This document shows, piece by piece, positions 25,830 to 34,613 of a stretch of DNA of 64,000 nt. The number at the start of each line of letters is the position of its first letter. Position 1 is the stretch's first letter. A program made the translations under genes and the position numbers. A model generated the notes under the pieces. It saw only the letters and a program-made list of their open reading frames with translations, did no database searches and was not told the DNA's origin. The DNA is from an uncultured delta proteobacterium (GTDB taxonomy: Bacteria; Desulfobacterota; Syntrophobacteria; Syntrophobacterales; Syntrophobacteraceae): the NCBI GenBank assembly GCA_963805125.1, contig CAWDTD010000014.1, positions 78,476 through 142,475 of the forward strand, in the 5' to 3' direction.

Positions 25830-26234
25830 GTGCACGAACTCTCCATTGCCCAAAGCCTGCTTGAGATCATCGTCGATGAGTCGAAGAGGCATGGGCTGGA
25901 ACGCATCAGCAAGGTAAGACTTCAGATAGGGAAACTTGCGGCCGTTGTTCCCGAATCGCTCACGTTCTGCTTTGAGCTGGTAAGCCGCGACACGGTGGCG
26001 TCCGGGGCAGTGATTGAAATAGAGAGTGTAGGCATTACGGCTCGCTGTGAGAAGTGCGATTTTTCTTTTGAGGTTCAGGACCGGATATTCCTGTGTCCCC
26101 GGTGCGGTGAGCCGGCGTTGGAACTGCTCGGCGGACGGGAGCTTTCCGTGGTGAGCATTGAAGGTGAAACGGGAGAAGAAGAGGATGACGGAAATCAAAG
26201 TCCCAGTTGTTCGCAACATTCTTCAGGCCAATGA
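25830..26234 (+). CDS. hypA: Hydrogenase nickel-insertion protein HypA
   Basis: GTG start giving (M)HELSIAQSLLEII. Zinc motifs CEKC and CPRCG. The acidic tail overlaps the hypB start. Confidence 0.85.
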   Translation: MHELSIAQSLLEIIVDESKRHGLERISKVRLQIGKLAAVVPESLTFCFELVSRDTVASGAVIEIESVGITARCEKCDFSFEVQDRIFLCPRCGEPALELLGGRELSVVSIEGETGEEEDDGNQSPSCSQHSSGQ

Positions 26235-26904
26235 GCGGCTTGCGGCGGAAAACCGGAGGCGCTTCGACGAAGCGGGAATCTTCGTGGTGAACCTGATGAG
26301 TTCGCCCGGCGCGGGAAAAACCTCCCTGTTGGAAAAAACCATAGACGCACTCGCCGGCCGGATCGGGATCGCGGTCATCGAAGGCGACCTCCAATCGTCG
26401 TTTGACGCCGAGCGGATACTGAAAAAAGGCGTCCGCGCCGTGCAGATCAACACCGATGGGGGATGTCACCTCGACGGCAACATGATTCAGATCGCGCTCG
26501 ACTCCCTGGACCTGTCCGGAGTTGACCTGCTGATAATCGAAAACGTCGGCAACCTCGTCTGCCCGGCTGAATTCAACCTCGGCGAGCATGAAAAAATCAT
26601 GATATTGAGCGTTGCCGAGGGTGACGACAAGCCGGTCAAATATCCGCTCATGTTCCAGATTTGTTCCGTCCTGCTGGTAAATAAAATCGACCTGCTCCCC
26701 TATACGGACTGCGACATGTCAAAAATTCGGCAAAGGGTAGGGCAGCTAAACGCCAGGGGAAAGATTTTCGAAATTTCATGCAGGACAGGAGAAGGTTTTG
26801 CCCCCTGGCTGTCCTGGATCGAACAGAAGGTCGGCGAGCACCGAAAAACCCGGGGGACACGGGAAAACTGTGCCCACACTGCGGCGGGCAAAAACTGCCA
26901 GTGA
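26185..26904 (+). CDS. hypB: Hydrogenase maturation GTPase HypB
   Basis: P-loop SSPGAGKTSLL plus ENVGNLVCPA and LLVNKIDL. Confidence 0.9.
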   Translation: MTEIKVPVVRNILQANERLAAENRRRFDEAGIFVVNLMSSPGAGKTSLLEKTIDALAGRIGIAVIEGDLQSSFDAERILKKGVRAVQINTDGGCHLDGNMIQIALDSLDLSGVDLLIIENVGNLVCPAEFNLGEHEKIMILSVAEGDDKPVKYPLMFQICSVLLVNKIDLLPYTDCDMSKIRQRVGQLNARGKIFEISCRTGEGFAPWLSWIEQKVGEHRKTRGTRENCAHTAAGKNCQ

Positions 26905-29267
26905 AATCCTCAGTCGAAGAAACACGCCTCCTTCAGCCTCAATGCGCCACGGGCGGGGAAACGGGTCGCCGGGTTCTGGTGAAAGTCCGGGGAATCGTAC
27001 AGGGAGTTGGCTTTCGGCCTTTTATCTACCAGTTGGCCAGGCGCTGCCGGCTCAATGGCTGGGTCCGAAACCAGTCGGACGGCGTGGAAATCGAGGTTGC
27101 CGGTCCTGCCGAGTCGGTCCGGGATTTTATTAGCTCGATTTCCGGCGAGCCGCCTCCTCTGGCCAGAATCGTCAAGCTCGAAACGACCGACCTTCCATAT
27201 CAGGATCTCGAAGACTTCAGCATAATCGGCAGCAGGGCCCTCGAGTCGCGTTCGACCCTGATTTCACCCGACGCTTGCACCTGCCGGGACTGTCTGCGCG
27301 AGCTTCTCGATTCACGGGACCGAAGGTTCCGCTATCCCTTTATCAACTGCACCAACTGCGGCCCGCGCTACACCATTATACAGGACATTCCATACGACCG
27401 GGACAAGACCACCATGGCGCAATTCAAAATGTGCCCGGAATGCCGCCTCGAGTATGACAACCCCCTTGACCGGCGCTTTCATGCCCAACCGAACGCCTGC
27501 TCGAAATGCGGCCCGCAGGTATGGCTCGAAGACGCGCAGCGAAACATGATCGCCGCACGCGATGAAGCCCTTGTCAAAACAGTGTCCCTGCTCGATTCGG
27601 GGTCTATCGTATCGATCAAGGGACTTGGCGGCTTTCATCTGGCGGTAAAAGCAACCGACCAGGCGGCTGTGAGCCGGCTCAGAAGCCGCAAAATACGCGA
27701 GGAAAAGCCTTTTGCGGTAATGTTTTCGGAACTCGAAGAGCTAAGACGCTATTGTTATCTGAGCGACCGGGAAGAAGATCTGCTGATGAGCGCGGCAAGG
27801 CCCATCGTGCTTCTGGACAGACGTCCCGATCACACCGGTCCTCCAATCGCTGAGAGCGTCGCGCCAAAGAACAGGTGCCTTGGCGCCTTTCTTCCTTATA
27901 CGCCCCTTCATTTTCTCCTCTTTGACAACGCGCCTTACCGCGCCCTGGTGATGACAAGCGGCAACCGGAGCGATGAACCCATCGTAACGGAAAATGCGGA
28001 CGCCAGGTTGCGCCTGAACGGGATTGCCGATTATCTGCTTTTTCACGACCGCGACATTTACATGCGGTGCGACGATTCGGTGACCCGCGTCCTCGGGGGA
28101 TATCCGCGTCCGATGCGCCGCGCAAGAGGATACGCCCCGCTGCCGGTTTTTCTTCGTGACCCGGTCCCCCCGGTACTTGGCGCCGGGGCCGAGCTCAAGA
28201 ACACCGTCTGCCTTACGCGCGGCAGGGAAGCTTTTCTCAGCCAGCATATCGGAGACCTGGAAAACCTCGAGACTCTCCGCTCCTTCGAGCATTCAATCGC
28301 CCACCTGGAACGCATCCTGGAGATCGAGCCCCAACTCATTGTTCACGACATGCATCCCGACTACCTGAACACCCAATGGGCGCTGAGTCGGCATGATCTC
28401 CCCAGGATGGCCGTCCAACACCATCACGCGCATATTGCGGCGGTAATGGCGGAACGCGGGCTCGAGGGGCCTGTGGTCGGCCTTGCGCTCGACGGGACCG
28501 GTTTTGGTGCTGACGGGACTATCTGGGGCGGTGAAATCCTTCGCGTAGATAGTCTGGGCTTCGAACGGCTTGGCCATTTCCGGCAGGTCCCTCTGCCGGG
28601 TGGGGCAAAGGCCATCAAAGAGCCCTGGCGCACGGCCCTCGGCTATCTGTGGACAATCGGCCCGGACAACCTCGAGGGCAGGTACGCCGACTTGCTTGCC
28701 GCCTGGCCGAACCGGGACGCAAGGATAATTTTGCAGATGCTTTCGCGGCGGTTCAATTGCCCGCTGACCTCATCGTGCGGCAGGCTCTTCGACGCCGCAG
28801 CCGCTCTTTGCGGCATTCGCCTGTCTGTCAATTACGAAGGGCAGGCGGCTATCGAACTCGAACAGGCGATCGAACCCGATGACGGTCATTACGAAGGCGG
28901 ATTGGAATCCGGTCCGGACTCCATTTTAATCGACCAGCTCCCGATAATAGAGGCGCTGATCGAAGATGTGAGGCGCGGGGTCCCGGCGGGCAGAATCGCG
29001 GCGCGCTTCCACAACGGCGTAATCAAAGTCCTTTGCGAGGCCGCAGCGGTCGCGGCCGGTAGAACGGGCCTCACTCGTATCGCCCTTAGCGGCGGAGTTT
29101 TTCAGAACGCCTATCTTTCGGAGCGCCTGGAAAGAAATCTCTCCAGGATGGGCCTGGAGGTTTACGCCCATATCGAAGTTCCCGCCAACGATGCGTGTAT
29201 TTCGCTCGGCCAGGCGTGGATCGGCGCCCAAAAGATCCTCGCGGAGAAAATCGATGAAATACCTTGA
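26901..29267 (+). CDS. hypF: Carbamoyltransferase HypF
   Basis: The GTG overlaps the hypB stop (GTGA). Acylphosphatase domain VRGIVQGVGFRPF, two CxxC zinc-finger pairs (CRDC..CTNCGPRYT and CPEC..CSKCGP), YrdC-like and Kae1-like regions. Confidence 0.9.
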   Translation: MKSSVEETRLLQPQCATGGETGRRVLVKVRGIVQGVGFRPFIYQLARRCRLNGWVRNQSDGVEIEVAGPAESVRDFISSISGEPPPLARIVKLETTDLPYQDLEDFSIIGSRALESRSTLISPDACTCRDCLRELLDSRDRRFRYPFINCTNCGPRYTIIQDIPYDRDKTTMAQFKMCPECRLEYDNPLDRRFHAQPNACSKCGPQVWLEDAQRNMIAARDEALVKTVSLLDSGSIVSIKGLGGFHLAVKATDQAAVSRLRSRKIREEKPFAVMFSELEELRRYCYLSDREEDLLMSAARPIVLLDRRPDHTGPPIAESVAPKNRCLGAFLPYTPLHFLLFDNAPYRALVMTSGNRSDEPIVTENADARLRLNGIADYLLFHDRDIYMRCDDSVTRVLGGYPRPMRRARGYAPLPVFLRDPVPPVLGAGAELKNTVCLTRGREAFLSQHIGDLENLETLRSFEHSIAHLERILEIEPQLIVHDMHPDYLNTQWALSRHDLPRMAVQHHHAHIAAVMAERGLEGPVVGLALDGTGFGADGTIWGGEILRVDSLGFERLGHFRQVPLPGGAKAIKEPWRTALGYLWTIGPDNLEGRYADLLAAWPNRDARIILQMLSRRFNCPLTSSCGRLFDAAAALCGIRLSVNYEGQAAIELEQAIEPDDGHYEGGLESGPDSILIDQLPIIEALIEDVRRGVPAGRIAARFHNGVIKVLCEAAAVAAGRTGLTRIALSGGVFQNAYLSERLERNLSRMGLEVYAHIEVPANDACISLGQAWIGAQKILAEKIDEIP

Positions 29268-30348
29268 TGAGTACAGGGACCCTCGACTGGCAAAGAGCCT
29301 CATCGCAAAACTTCGCCACAGGGCTTTCTCCAAAAAAGAGATCAGGCTGATGGAAATCTGCGGCACGCACACGGTCGCCATTTTCAGGTCCGGCCTCAGA
29401 CAGCTTCTGCCCCCGGAGATAAAACTGATCAGCGGTCCCGGCTGCCCCGTGTGCGTGACGTCAAACGAAGACATAGACAGGTCGATATGGCTTGCTCGGC
29501 AACCCGGGGTGATTACGACAACTTTCGGAGACCTGGTGCGGGTGCCGGGTTCGTCTTCGTCGCTTCATTTCGAAAGAAGCAAAGGCGCCGCCGACGTCCG
29601 GATCGTTTATGCAACCCTGGATGCGCTCCAGATCGCCCGCGACAACCCGGACCGCCAGGTCGTATTCATAGGCATTGGATTCGAAACCACGGCGCCCACT
29701 ATCGCTGCCGCGATCCAGCAGGCTTCGAAGCTGGGGGTGAATAACTTCTCGGTCTTCTCGGCCCACAAGCTGCTTCCACCGGCGATGAGAGCGCTGCTCG
29801 ACTCCCGCGAGGTCAATCTGGACGGCTTTATCTGCCCGGGTCACGTCAGTATCGTAATTGGCGCAGGCGCATATCGGAGAGTCGTAGAAAACTATAAGGT
29901 GCCCTGCGTGATTACCGGCTTCGAATCTCTGGACATTCTGCAGGGCATCTGCCTTCTGATCGACCAGGTCGAAAGCGGACGGGCCGAAGTTGAGAACCAG
30001 TACCGCCGGGCCGTTACCTGGGAAGGTAACTCTGCGGCGCGCAAACTGATTGACGAGATCTTCGAACCTGCGGATTCCACCTGGCGTGGTATGGGTATTA
30101 TTCCGAAAAGCGGGCTCGGCTTTCGCCCGGAGTGGAAGAAGTTCGACGCGACGGACCGGTTTTCGATGCCTGAGATTACAGTGAAAGAGCATCCGGGGTG
30201 TAAGTGCGGAGAGGTTCTGCGGGGAGTCATGACCCCGCCGGAATGCGGCCTTTTCCGCAAAGTCTGCTCACCTCAGAATCCGAAAGGACCATGCATGGTA
30301 TCGAGCGAGGGAACCTGCGGAGCGTTCTACAGATACCTTGACGAATGA
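29254..30348 (+). CDS. hypD: Hydrogenase maturation protein HypD
   Basis: MKYLDEYRDPRLA, MEICGTHT, GPGCPVCVT and the C-terminal motifs GFETT and PGCKCGEVL. Confidence 0.9.
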   Translation: MKYLDEYRDPRLAKSLIAKLRHRAFSKKEIRLMEICGTHTVAIFRSGLRQLLPPEIKLISGPGCPVCVTSNEDIDRSIWLARQPGVITTTFGDLVRVPGSSSSLHFERSKGAADVRIVYATLDALQIARDNPDRQVVFIGIGFETTAPTIAAAIQQASKLGVNNFSVFSAHKLLPPAMRALLDSREVNLDGFICPGHVSIVIGAGAYRRVVENYKVPCVITGFESLDILQGICLLIDQVESGRAEVENQYRRAVTWEGNSAARKLIDEIFEPADSTWRGMGIIPKSGLGFRPEWKKFDATDRFSMPEITVKEHPGCKCGEVLRGVMTPPECGLFRKVCSPQNPKGPCMVSSEGTCGAFYRYLDE

Positions 30349-30419
30349 TCGGCAAAAGTAGACCGGAAACCGCGTGGAATCGCACTCCGGACTCTTGAGA
30401 TACACCAGGGGATAACACA

Positions 30420-31430
30420 ATGGACTCGGGACTCATTCAGCTCGACCAGGGAAGCGGCGGCCGGGCGATGCACGAACTCATCGACACCCTTTTCGTGAAT
30501 GCGTTCAAAAATCCGCTCCTTGCCGAAAGAAACGACAGCGCCGTTTTTGAAATCCTGGGTGGACGTATGGCCATGACCACGGATTCCTACGTGGTTGACC
30601 CCATTTTTTTCCCCGGGGGCAACATCGGAAGCCTTGCGGTGCACGGGACGGTGAACGACCTTGCCATGCGCGGCGCTAAGCCGCTCTATATTACAGCCGG
30701 CTTCATCCTGGAAGAGGGGCTTTCATACGGTGATCTGAAAAAGATAGTCATCTCGATGGCGGAGGCCGCCAGGGAGGCCGGCGTGCTGGTCATAGCGGGC
30801 GATACCAAGGTGGTCCCGAGAGGAAAGGCCGACAAAGTGTTCATCAACACTTCCGGAATCGGGATCGTCCCGGCGGGAATCGACATGGGCGGCCAGAACG
30901 CCCGGCCGGGCGACCTTGTGCTCATTAACGGCACTATGGGTGACCACGGCATGGCGGTGCTTTGTAAACGGGAAGGCATTGCATTCGAAAACGAAATCCA
31001 AAGCGACGCTGCCGCCCTTAACGGGCTGGTTGACCGGATGCTGGACGCCTTTGCCGGAATTCACGTCCTTCGCGATCCTACCAGGGGTGGGGTGGCGACT
31101 ACCCTGAACGAGATAGCCGAACAGTCCCGCGTGGGCATCCGGCTTTTCGAGGAGGCGCTTCCGGTCCGGGAAGACGTTCTGGGCGCGTGTGAAGTGCTGG
31201 GATTCGACCCGCTTTATGTGGCCAATGAGGGCAAAGTCCTGGCGGTTATACCGGCACGGGGCGCAGACGCCGTGCTTTCGGCCATGAAGTCCCATCCGCT
31301 TGGGCGAGCTTCATGCCTCATAGGGGAGATCGTTTCCGATGATCCGGGAAGGGTCTTTCTGCGGACCCGGATTGGAGGCCACCGCCTCGTGGACATGCTC
31401 CGTGGCGAACAGCTTCCGCGTATCTGTTGA
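30420..31430 (+). CDS. hypE: Hydrogenase maturation protein HypE
   Basis: AIR-synthase-like fold (DSYVVDPIFFPGGNIG, VNDLAMRGA) and the C-terminal PRIC motif. Confidence 0.9.
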   Translation: MDSGLIQLDQGSGGRAMHELIDTLFVNAFKNPLLAERNDSAVFEILGGRMAMTTDSYVVDPIFFPGGNIGSLAVHGTVNDLAMRGAKPLYITAGFILEEGLSYGDLKKIVISMAEAAREAGVLVIAGDTKVVPRGKADKVFINTSGIGIVPAGIDMGGQNARPGDLVLINGTMGDHGMAVLCKREGIAFENEIQSDAAALNGLVDRMLDAFAGIHVLRDPTRGGVATTLNEIAEQSRVGIRLFEEALPVREDVLGACEVLGFDPLYVANEGKVLAVIPARGADAVLSAMKSHPLGRASCLIGEIVSDDPGRVFLRTRIGGHRLVDMLRGEQLPRIC

Positions 31431-31472
31431 CTCAAGGCTTGGCGAGCCTCGATCCTACATTCGGAACAACCG

Positions 31473-32606
31473 ATGCTTTTAAGAGGAAAATCCATATCAG
31501 CCGTGAAAGGGGCCAAATGCCTCCTGTGCGGTGATGGTCTCGATGACATTGGCGGCTGCATAGGGATTTGCCCATCCTGCGTCCGATCTCGGCCCGACGA
31601 GAGCAGAAGCCGAATAGAGCAGGTTCACGCCGAATCCAGGGAGATGTTCGGTCTGCCTACCCGTCCGGCAGCCAATCCTGACGGAATCGAATGCAAACTC
31701 TGTTATCTGCGCTGCAGGCCGGGAAAGAACCAGAAAGGGTACTGCGGGGTAAGACACGGGAGCAAATCGAGCATGCGAACCGATGGCCGATCACGCGCTC
31801 TTGTCTCCTTTTATCATGATCCTCTGCCCACCAACTGCGTTGCCGACTGGGTCTGCGCGGGGGGCACGGGCGCGGGATATCCGTGCTTCGCCCACGATGT
31901 CGGCCCGGAAGTGGGTTTCTACAACCTGGCCGTTTTCTTTGAAGCCTGCAACCTCAACTGTCTCTATTGCCAGAACTGGTCCTTCAAAAAAGCTCATCTT
32001 TCGCCCAGATGGTCCGGCATCGAGGCCCTGGAAAAGGCAGTAGGCGATTTTACAAGCTGCATATGCTTTTTCGGCGGCGACCCGGGCCCGCAACTCCCCT
32101 ATGCCGTTCGCCTCAGCGAGGCGGTGCGAAAGAAAAACCCCGGCAAAATCCTTCGAATCTGCTGGGAGACCAACGGCGCTTCGCATCCTTCCGGGCTCAG
32201 GAAGATGACCAGGCTGTCCCTGCACTCCGGCGGGTGCGTCAAAATCGATCTGAAAGCCTGGAACCCCGGAACGCACCGTGCTCTTTGCGGATGTGAAAAC
32301 TCGAAAATACTGGACAATTTCGCCAGGGCCGCCGAGTGGTCTTCGGAGCGTTCGTCTCCGCCGGCGCTGGTAGCCAGCACCCCTCTGATTCCGGGATACA
32401 TTGACGAAGATGAAGTCTACGGGTTGGCGTCCTTCATCGCAAGGATAAATCCCGATATACCCTATGCCCTCCTCGCCTCCGCTCCGCAATTCCTGATGGA
32501 CGACTCGCCAACCACCTCCGCCGCCCAGGCCCGTGCCTGTCTGGAAGCCGCAAAACGCGCGGGCCTCACCCGCGTTCACCTCGGCAACGAACACTTGCTT
32601 TGTTGA
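31473..32606 (+). CDS. Radical SAM protein (PflA/AmrS-like activase family) with an N-terminal Cys-rich region
   Basis: Cluster motif CNLNCLYCQNWSF. N-terminal CLLCGD..CPSC and CKLC..YCG motifs. 377 aa. Confidence 0.72.
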   Translation: MLLRGKSISAVKGAKCLLCGDGLDDIGGCIGICPSCVRSRPDESRSRIEQVHAESREMFGLPTRPAANPDGIECKLCYLRCRPGKNQKGYCGVRHGSKSSMRTDGRSRALVSFYHDPLPTNCVADWVCAGGTGAGYPCFAHDVGPEVGFYNLAVFFEACNLNCLYCQNWSFKKAHLSPRWSGIEALEKAVGDFTSCICFFGGDPGPQLPYAVRLSEAVRKKNPGKILRICWETNGASHPSGLRKMTRLSLHSGGCVKIDLKAWNPGTHRALCGCENSKILDNFARAAEWSSERSSPPALVASTPLIPGYIDEDEVYGLASFIARINPDIPYALLASAPQFLMDDSPTTSAAQARACLEAAKRAGLTRVHLGNEHLLC

Positions 32607-32633
32607 TCCAGCCGGAAATAAAGAATAAAGGGG

Positions 32634-32838
32634 TCAAGTCTCCGTATGGCCCAACGACAGAATTCTCATGATACTTTGGCGGCGCATACCTGATTCGGGG
32701 CCTGTCGCCAAGCGCTTTTTCATCGAATCAAGCACGCTGCCAACCGAACTGTAACCTCGCAGACCGAAGGCTGAACCGATATCTGCGAAACTGTCCCTTT
32801 GCAATCGACGAACCGGATGGATCGCCATGCCGCGCGGC
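32634..32838 (-). pseudogene. Fragment: C-terminal HTH part of a Y1 (IS200-like/RayT-like) transposase
   Basis: Near-identical at the DNA level to 60540-60745. It encodes AIHPVRRLQRDSFADIGSAFGLRGYSSVGSVLDSMKKRLA. The upstream catalytic part is absent. Confidence 0.6.
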
Positions 32839-32968
32839 TCATGACATGGCGCCATACGCCCGGAAATTCTATACGTAATGGTCCGCTCACGGGTGGAAGA
32901 TATCGATATGAGCCTTGAACGTCAAACGGAGACCTGACCCCTGGCTTTTGCTTTGTTTTTCAGGAGGC

Positions 32969-33151
32969 GTTCACCACAGAGACGGGCCATAGTCCGGTCA
33001 AGCAGAGGGCACAGAGGGAAACGCAGTGGAAACGGGAAACAGACCCTAAAAAGAGCGGGGGAATGATTTTTCACTTTAAAGATCCCCACCCCCACCCCCG
33101 GAGCCGATCCATGGTTTACTCCCGGTTTTCCTCTGTGCCTCTGTGGTGAAC
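32969..33151. mobile_element. MITE family 6 (TTCACCACAGAG termini), copy 1
   Basis: GTTCACCACAGAGACGGGC at one end and GCCTCTGTGGTGAAC at the other. Highly similar throughout to 34308-34495. Confidence 0.6.
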
Positions 33152-33195
33152 GGGTAGGTTTTTCAGAAGGTCATGGCAGGCTTCGATTTGACTTA

Positions 33196-33355
33196 CAAAA
33201 CGGGGTTCACCGGGAGCTTACCTGTCACTTGCATGTTCGATTGGGAAATTGTATGATTTTACGGGCTCTGGGGTCGTTCAGGAAGTCTTTTCGGGCAGAA
33301 TCCGATCCGAAAATGCGGTTCGGATGCATGGGGTATAACCTGATCCATTATTCCG
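33196..33355 (+). mobile_element. Solo terminal fragment of the IS1380-like element
   Basis: Aligns in reverse complement to about 53790-53955, the region just downstream of the IS1380-like transposase stop (shared CTTGCATGT.CGAT, TTTTACGGGCT, TTTTCGGGCA.AATCCGATCC). Confidence 0.5.
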
Positions 33356-33430
33356 GGAGAGAAGCTCTATTGGACATGTGGCGAATATTCAAAACAATGA
33401 TCAATTACGTCTCTTAAAGGAGGGGTTAAT

Positions 33431-33802
33431 ATGAGGAATCTTCTATGCATGTTTATGGCTGTAGCACTTTGTGTTATGTCAGGGTGCATTGTACTTGATG
33501 ATAATACTTTACCTTCAGCAAAAGAAACAGGGGAGACAATGCACCAAGAGATTGAATTCCAAGGTCCGCATTATGCAAAACCTAGCTCTATCGGATGCGT
33601 GGATTATGCTGATATGGAAATAGCAAAGTTGGGTGACTTTGAAACAATAGACCATTTAATAAGAAAAAAACGATGTTTCGTCATCCCGGCAGGCAAAGAC
33701 GTTTTCATCAAGGAACGTGTCAAAGATGATATTGTGAGTGCAAAACTTAGAGATTCAACAGAATTATTCTATACTCTAAAAAGCAATTTAGTTGCGGAAT
33801 AA
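33431..33802 (+). CDS. Hypothetical lipoprotein (AT-rich)
   Basis: Strong AGGAGG Shine-Dalgarno. Signal peptide with the lipobox-like VMSGC. No recognisable domain. Embedded in the repeat mosaic. Confidence 0.55.
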   Translation: MRNLLCMFMAVALCVMSGCIVLDDNTLPSAKETGETMHQEIEFQGPHYAKPSSIGCVDYADMEIAKLGDFETIDHLIRKKRCFVIPAGKDVFIKERVKDDIVSAKLRDSTELFYTLKSNLVAE

Positions 33803-33807
33803 ATTAA

Positions 33808-33912
33808 TCAATAAATGGTAATGGTTGGGCATCAGGCAGCAGGCGCTTATTGCGACGCCCCATAACCGGGCGGCTTCCTTAAGCAGAGCGATGAAGCCGC
33901 GATAATCGTAAG
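33808..33912 (-). pseudogene. Fragment: catalytic-core piece of a Y1 transposase
   Basis: Minus-strand translation is DYRGFIALLKEAARLWGVAISACCLMPNHYHLLI (HxH motif). Homologous to 61320-61380. Confidence 0.55.
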
Positions 33913-33913
33913 C

Positions 33914-33948
33914 GTTCACCACAGAGGCACAGAGAACACAAAGGTGGA
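33914..33948. mobile_element. Partial MITE family 6 end
   Basis: GTTCACCACAGAGGCACAGAG, abutting the family-1 MITE. Confidence 0.4.
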
Positions 33949-33952
33949 TTTA

Positions 33953-34065
33953 TACCAAGTTGCGCTCAAAGAGGTAAAACCTCCATTCACAAAATCCCCC
34001 CTGCCCCCCTTTAGAAAAGGGGGGTTCCAATCGCCAATTCTTACCCGTATGGGTGCAACTTGGTA
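33953..34065. mobile_element. MITE family 1, 113-bp subfamily (inverted relative to the other two copies)
   Basis: TACCAAGTTGCGC at one end and GCAACTTGGTA at the other. TTA duplicated at 33950-33952 and 34066-34068. Near-identical to 38950-39062 and 51616-51728. Confidence 0.85.
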
Positions 34066-34068
34066 TTA

Positions 34069-34290
34069 AATACTATAACAGAGCGGATCACTGGGGCGGC
34101 CATTGAAGTGCATAAGGTATTGGGGCCGGGACTGATGGAGTCGGCCTGCGAGGAGTGTTTATGTCGAGAGTTGGTGCTGCGCGGCATTGGCGTTCAGAGG
34201 CAGTTGCCATTGCCGGTTGAATACAAAGGTGTCAGGTTGGACTCCGGTTGCCGCCTTGACCTTCTCGTCGAACGATCCGTGGAGAATTCT
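34069..34290 (+). pseudogene. GxxExxY-family (PD-(D/E)XK-like) protein, truncated at both ends by repeats
   Basis: [68 protein letters not shown]. The N-terminus is lost at the family-1 MITE, and the C-terminal part (including the GxxExxY motif) is missing before the family-6 MITE. Confidence 0.6.
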
Positions 34291-34307
34291 ATGGCCCCGC
34301 GCAAGCA

Positions 34308-34495
34308 TTCACCACAGAGACGGGGCATAGTCCGGTCAAGGAGAGGGCACAGAGGGAAACGCAGTGGAAACGGAAAACAGACCCTAAAAAGAGCGGGGAA
34401 ATGATTTTTCACTTTAAAGATCCCCCGCACCCCCCAGAGCCGATCCATGGTTTACTCTTGGTTTTCCTCTGTGCCCTCTGTGCCTCTGTGGTGAA
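34308..34495. mobile_element. MITE family 6, copy 2
   Basis: TTCACCACAGAGACGGGGC at one end and GCCTCTGTGGTGAA at the other. Similar to 32969-33151. Confidence 0.6.
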
Positions 34496-34613
34496 TGGGT
34501 ACGCGATTTTTCAGTTTTTCTAACGCTGGTCCTTAAAGCGGAAAAGGCAATGATCCTGAAATCCCCTCCTCCCTCACGTTTCTCACGGTCCCCCGCAATC
34601 AATACTCATTAGT

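Noticed and set aside
25677-26219. 180-aa minus-strand ORF and the plus-strand extension 25746-25829 of hypA
   Set aside because: The minus-strand ORF is antisense to hypA. HypA proteins begin MHE(L/I)S, which matches the GTG at 25830 behind a GGAAGG ribosome-binding site. The upstream extension runs through a repeat-like GTCATTCCGGCG...CGAATCCAGG segment.
29253-29268. A hidden hypC between hypF and hypD
   Set aside because: hypF and hypD overlap, so there is no room for one. No ORF starting MCL(G/A)xP occurs anywhere from 25600 to 32600 on the plus strand.
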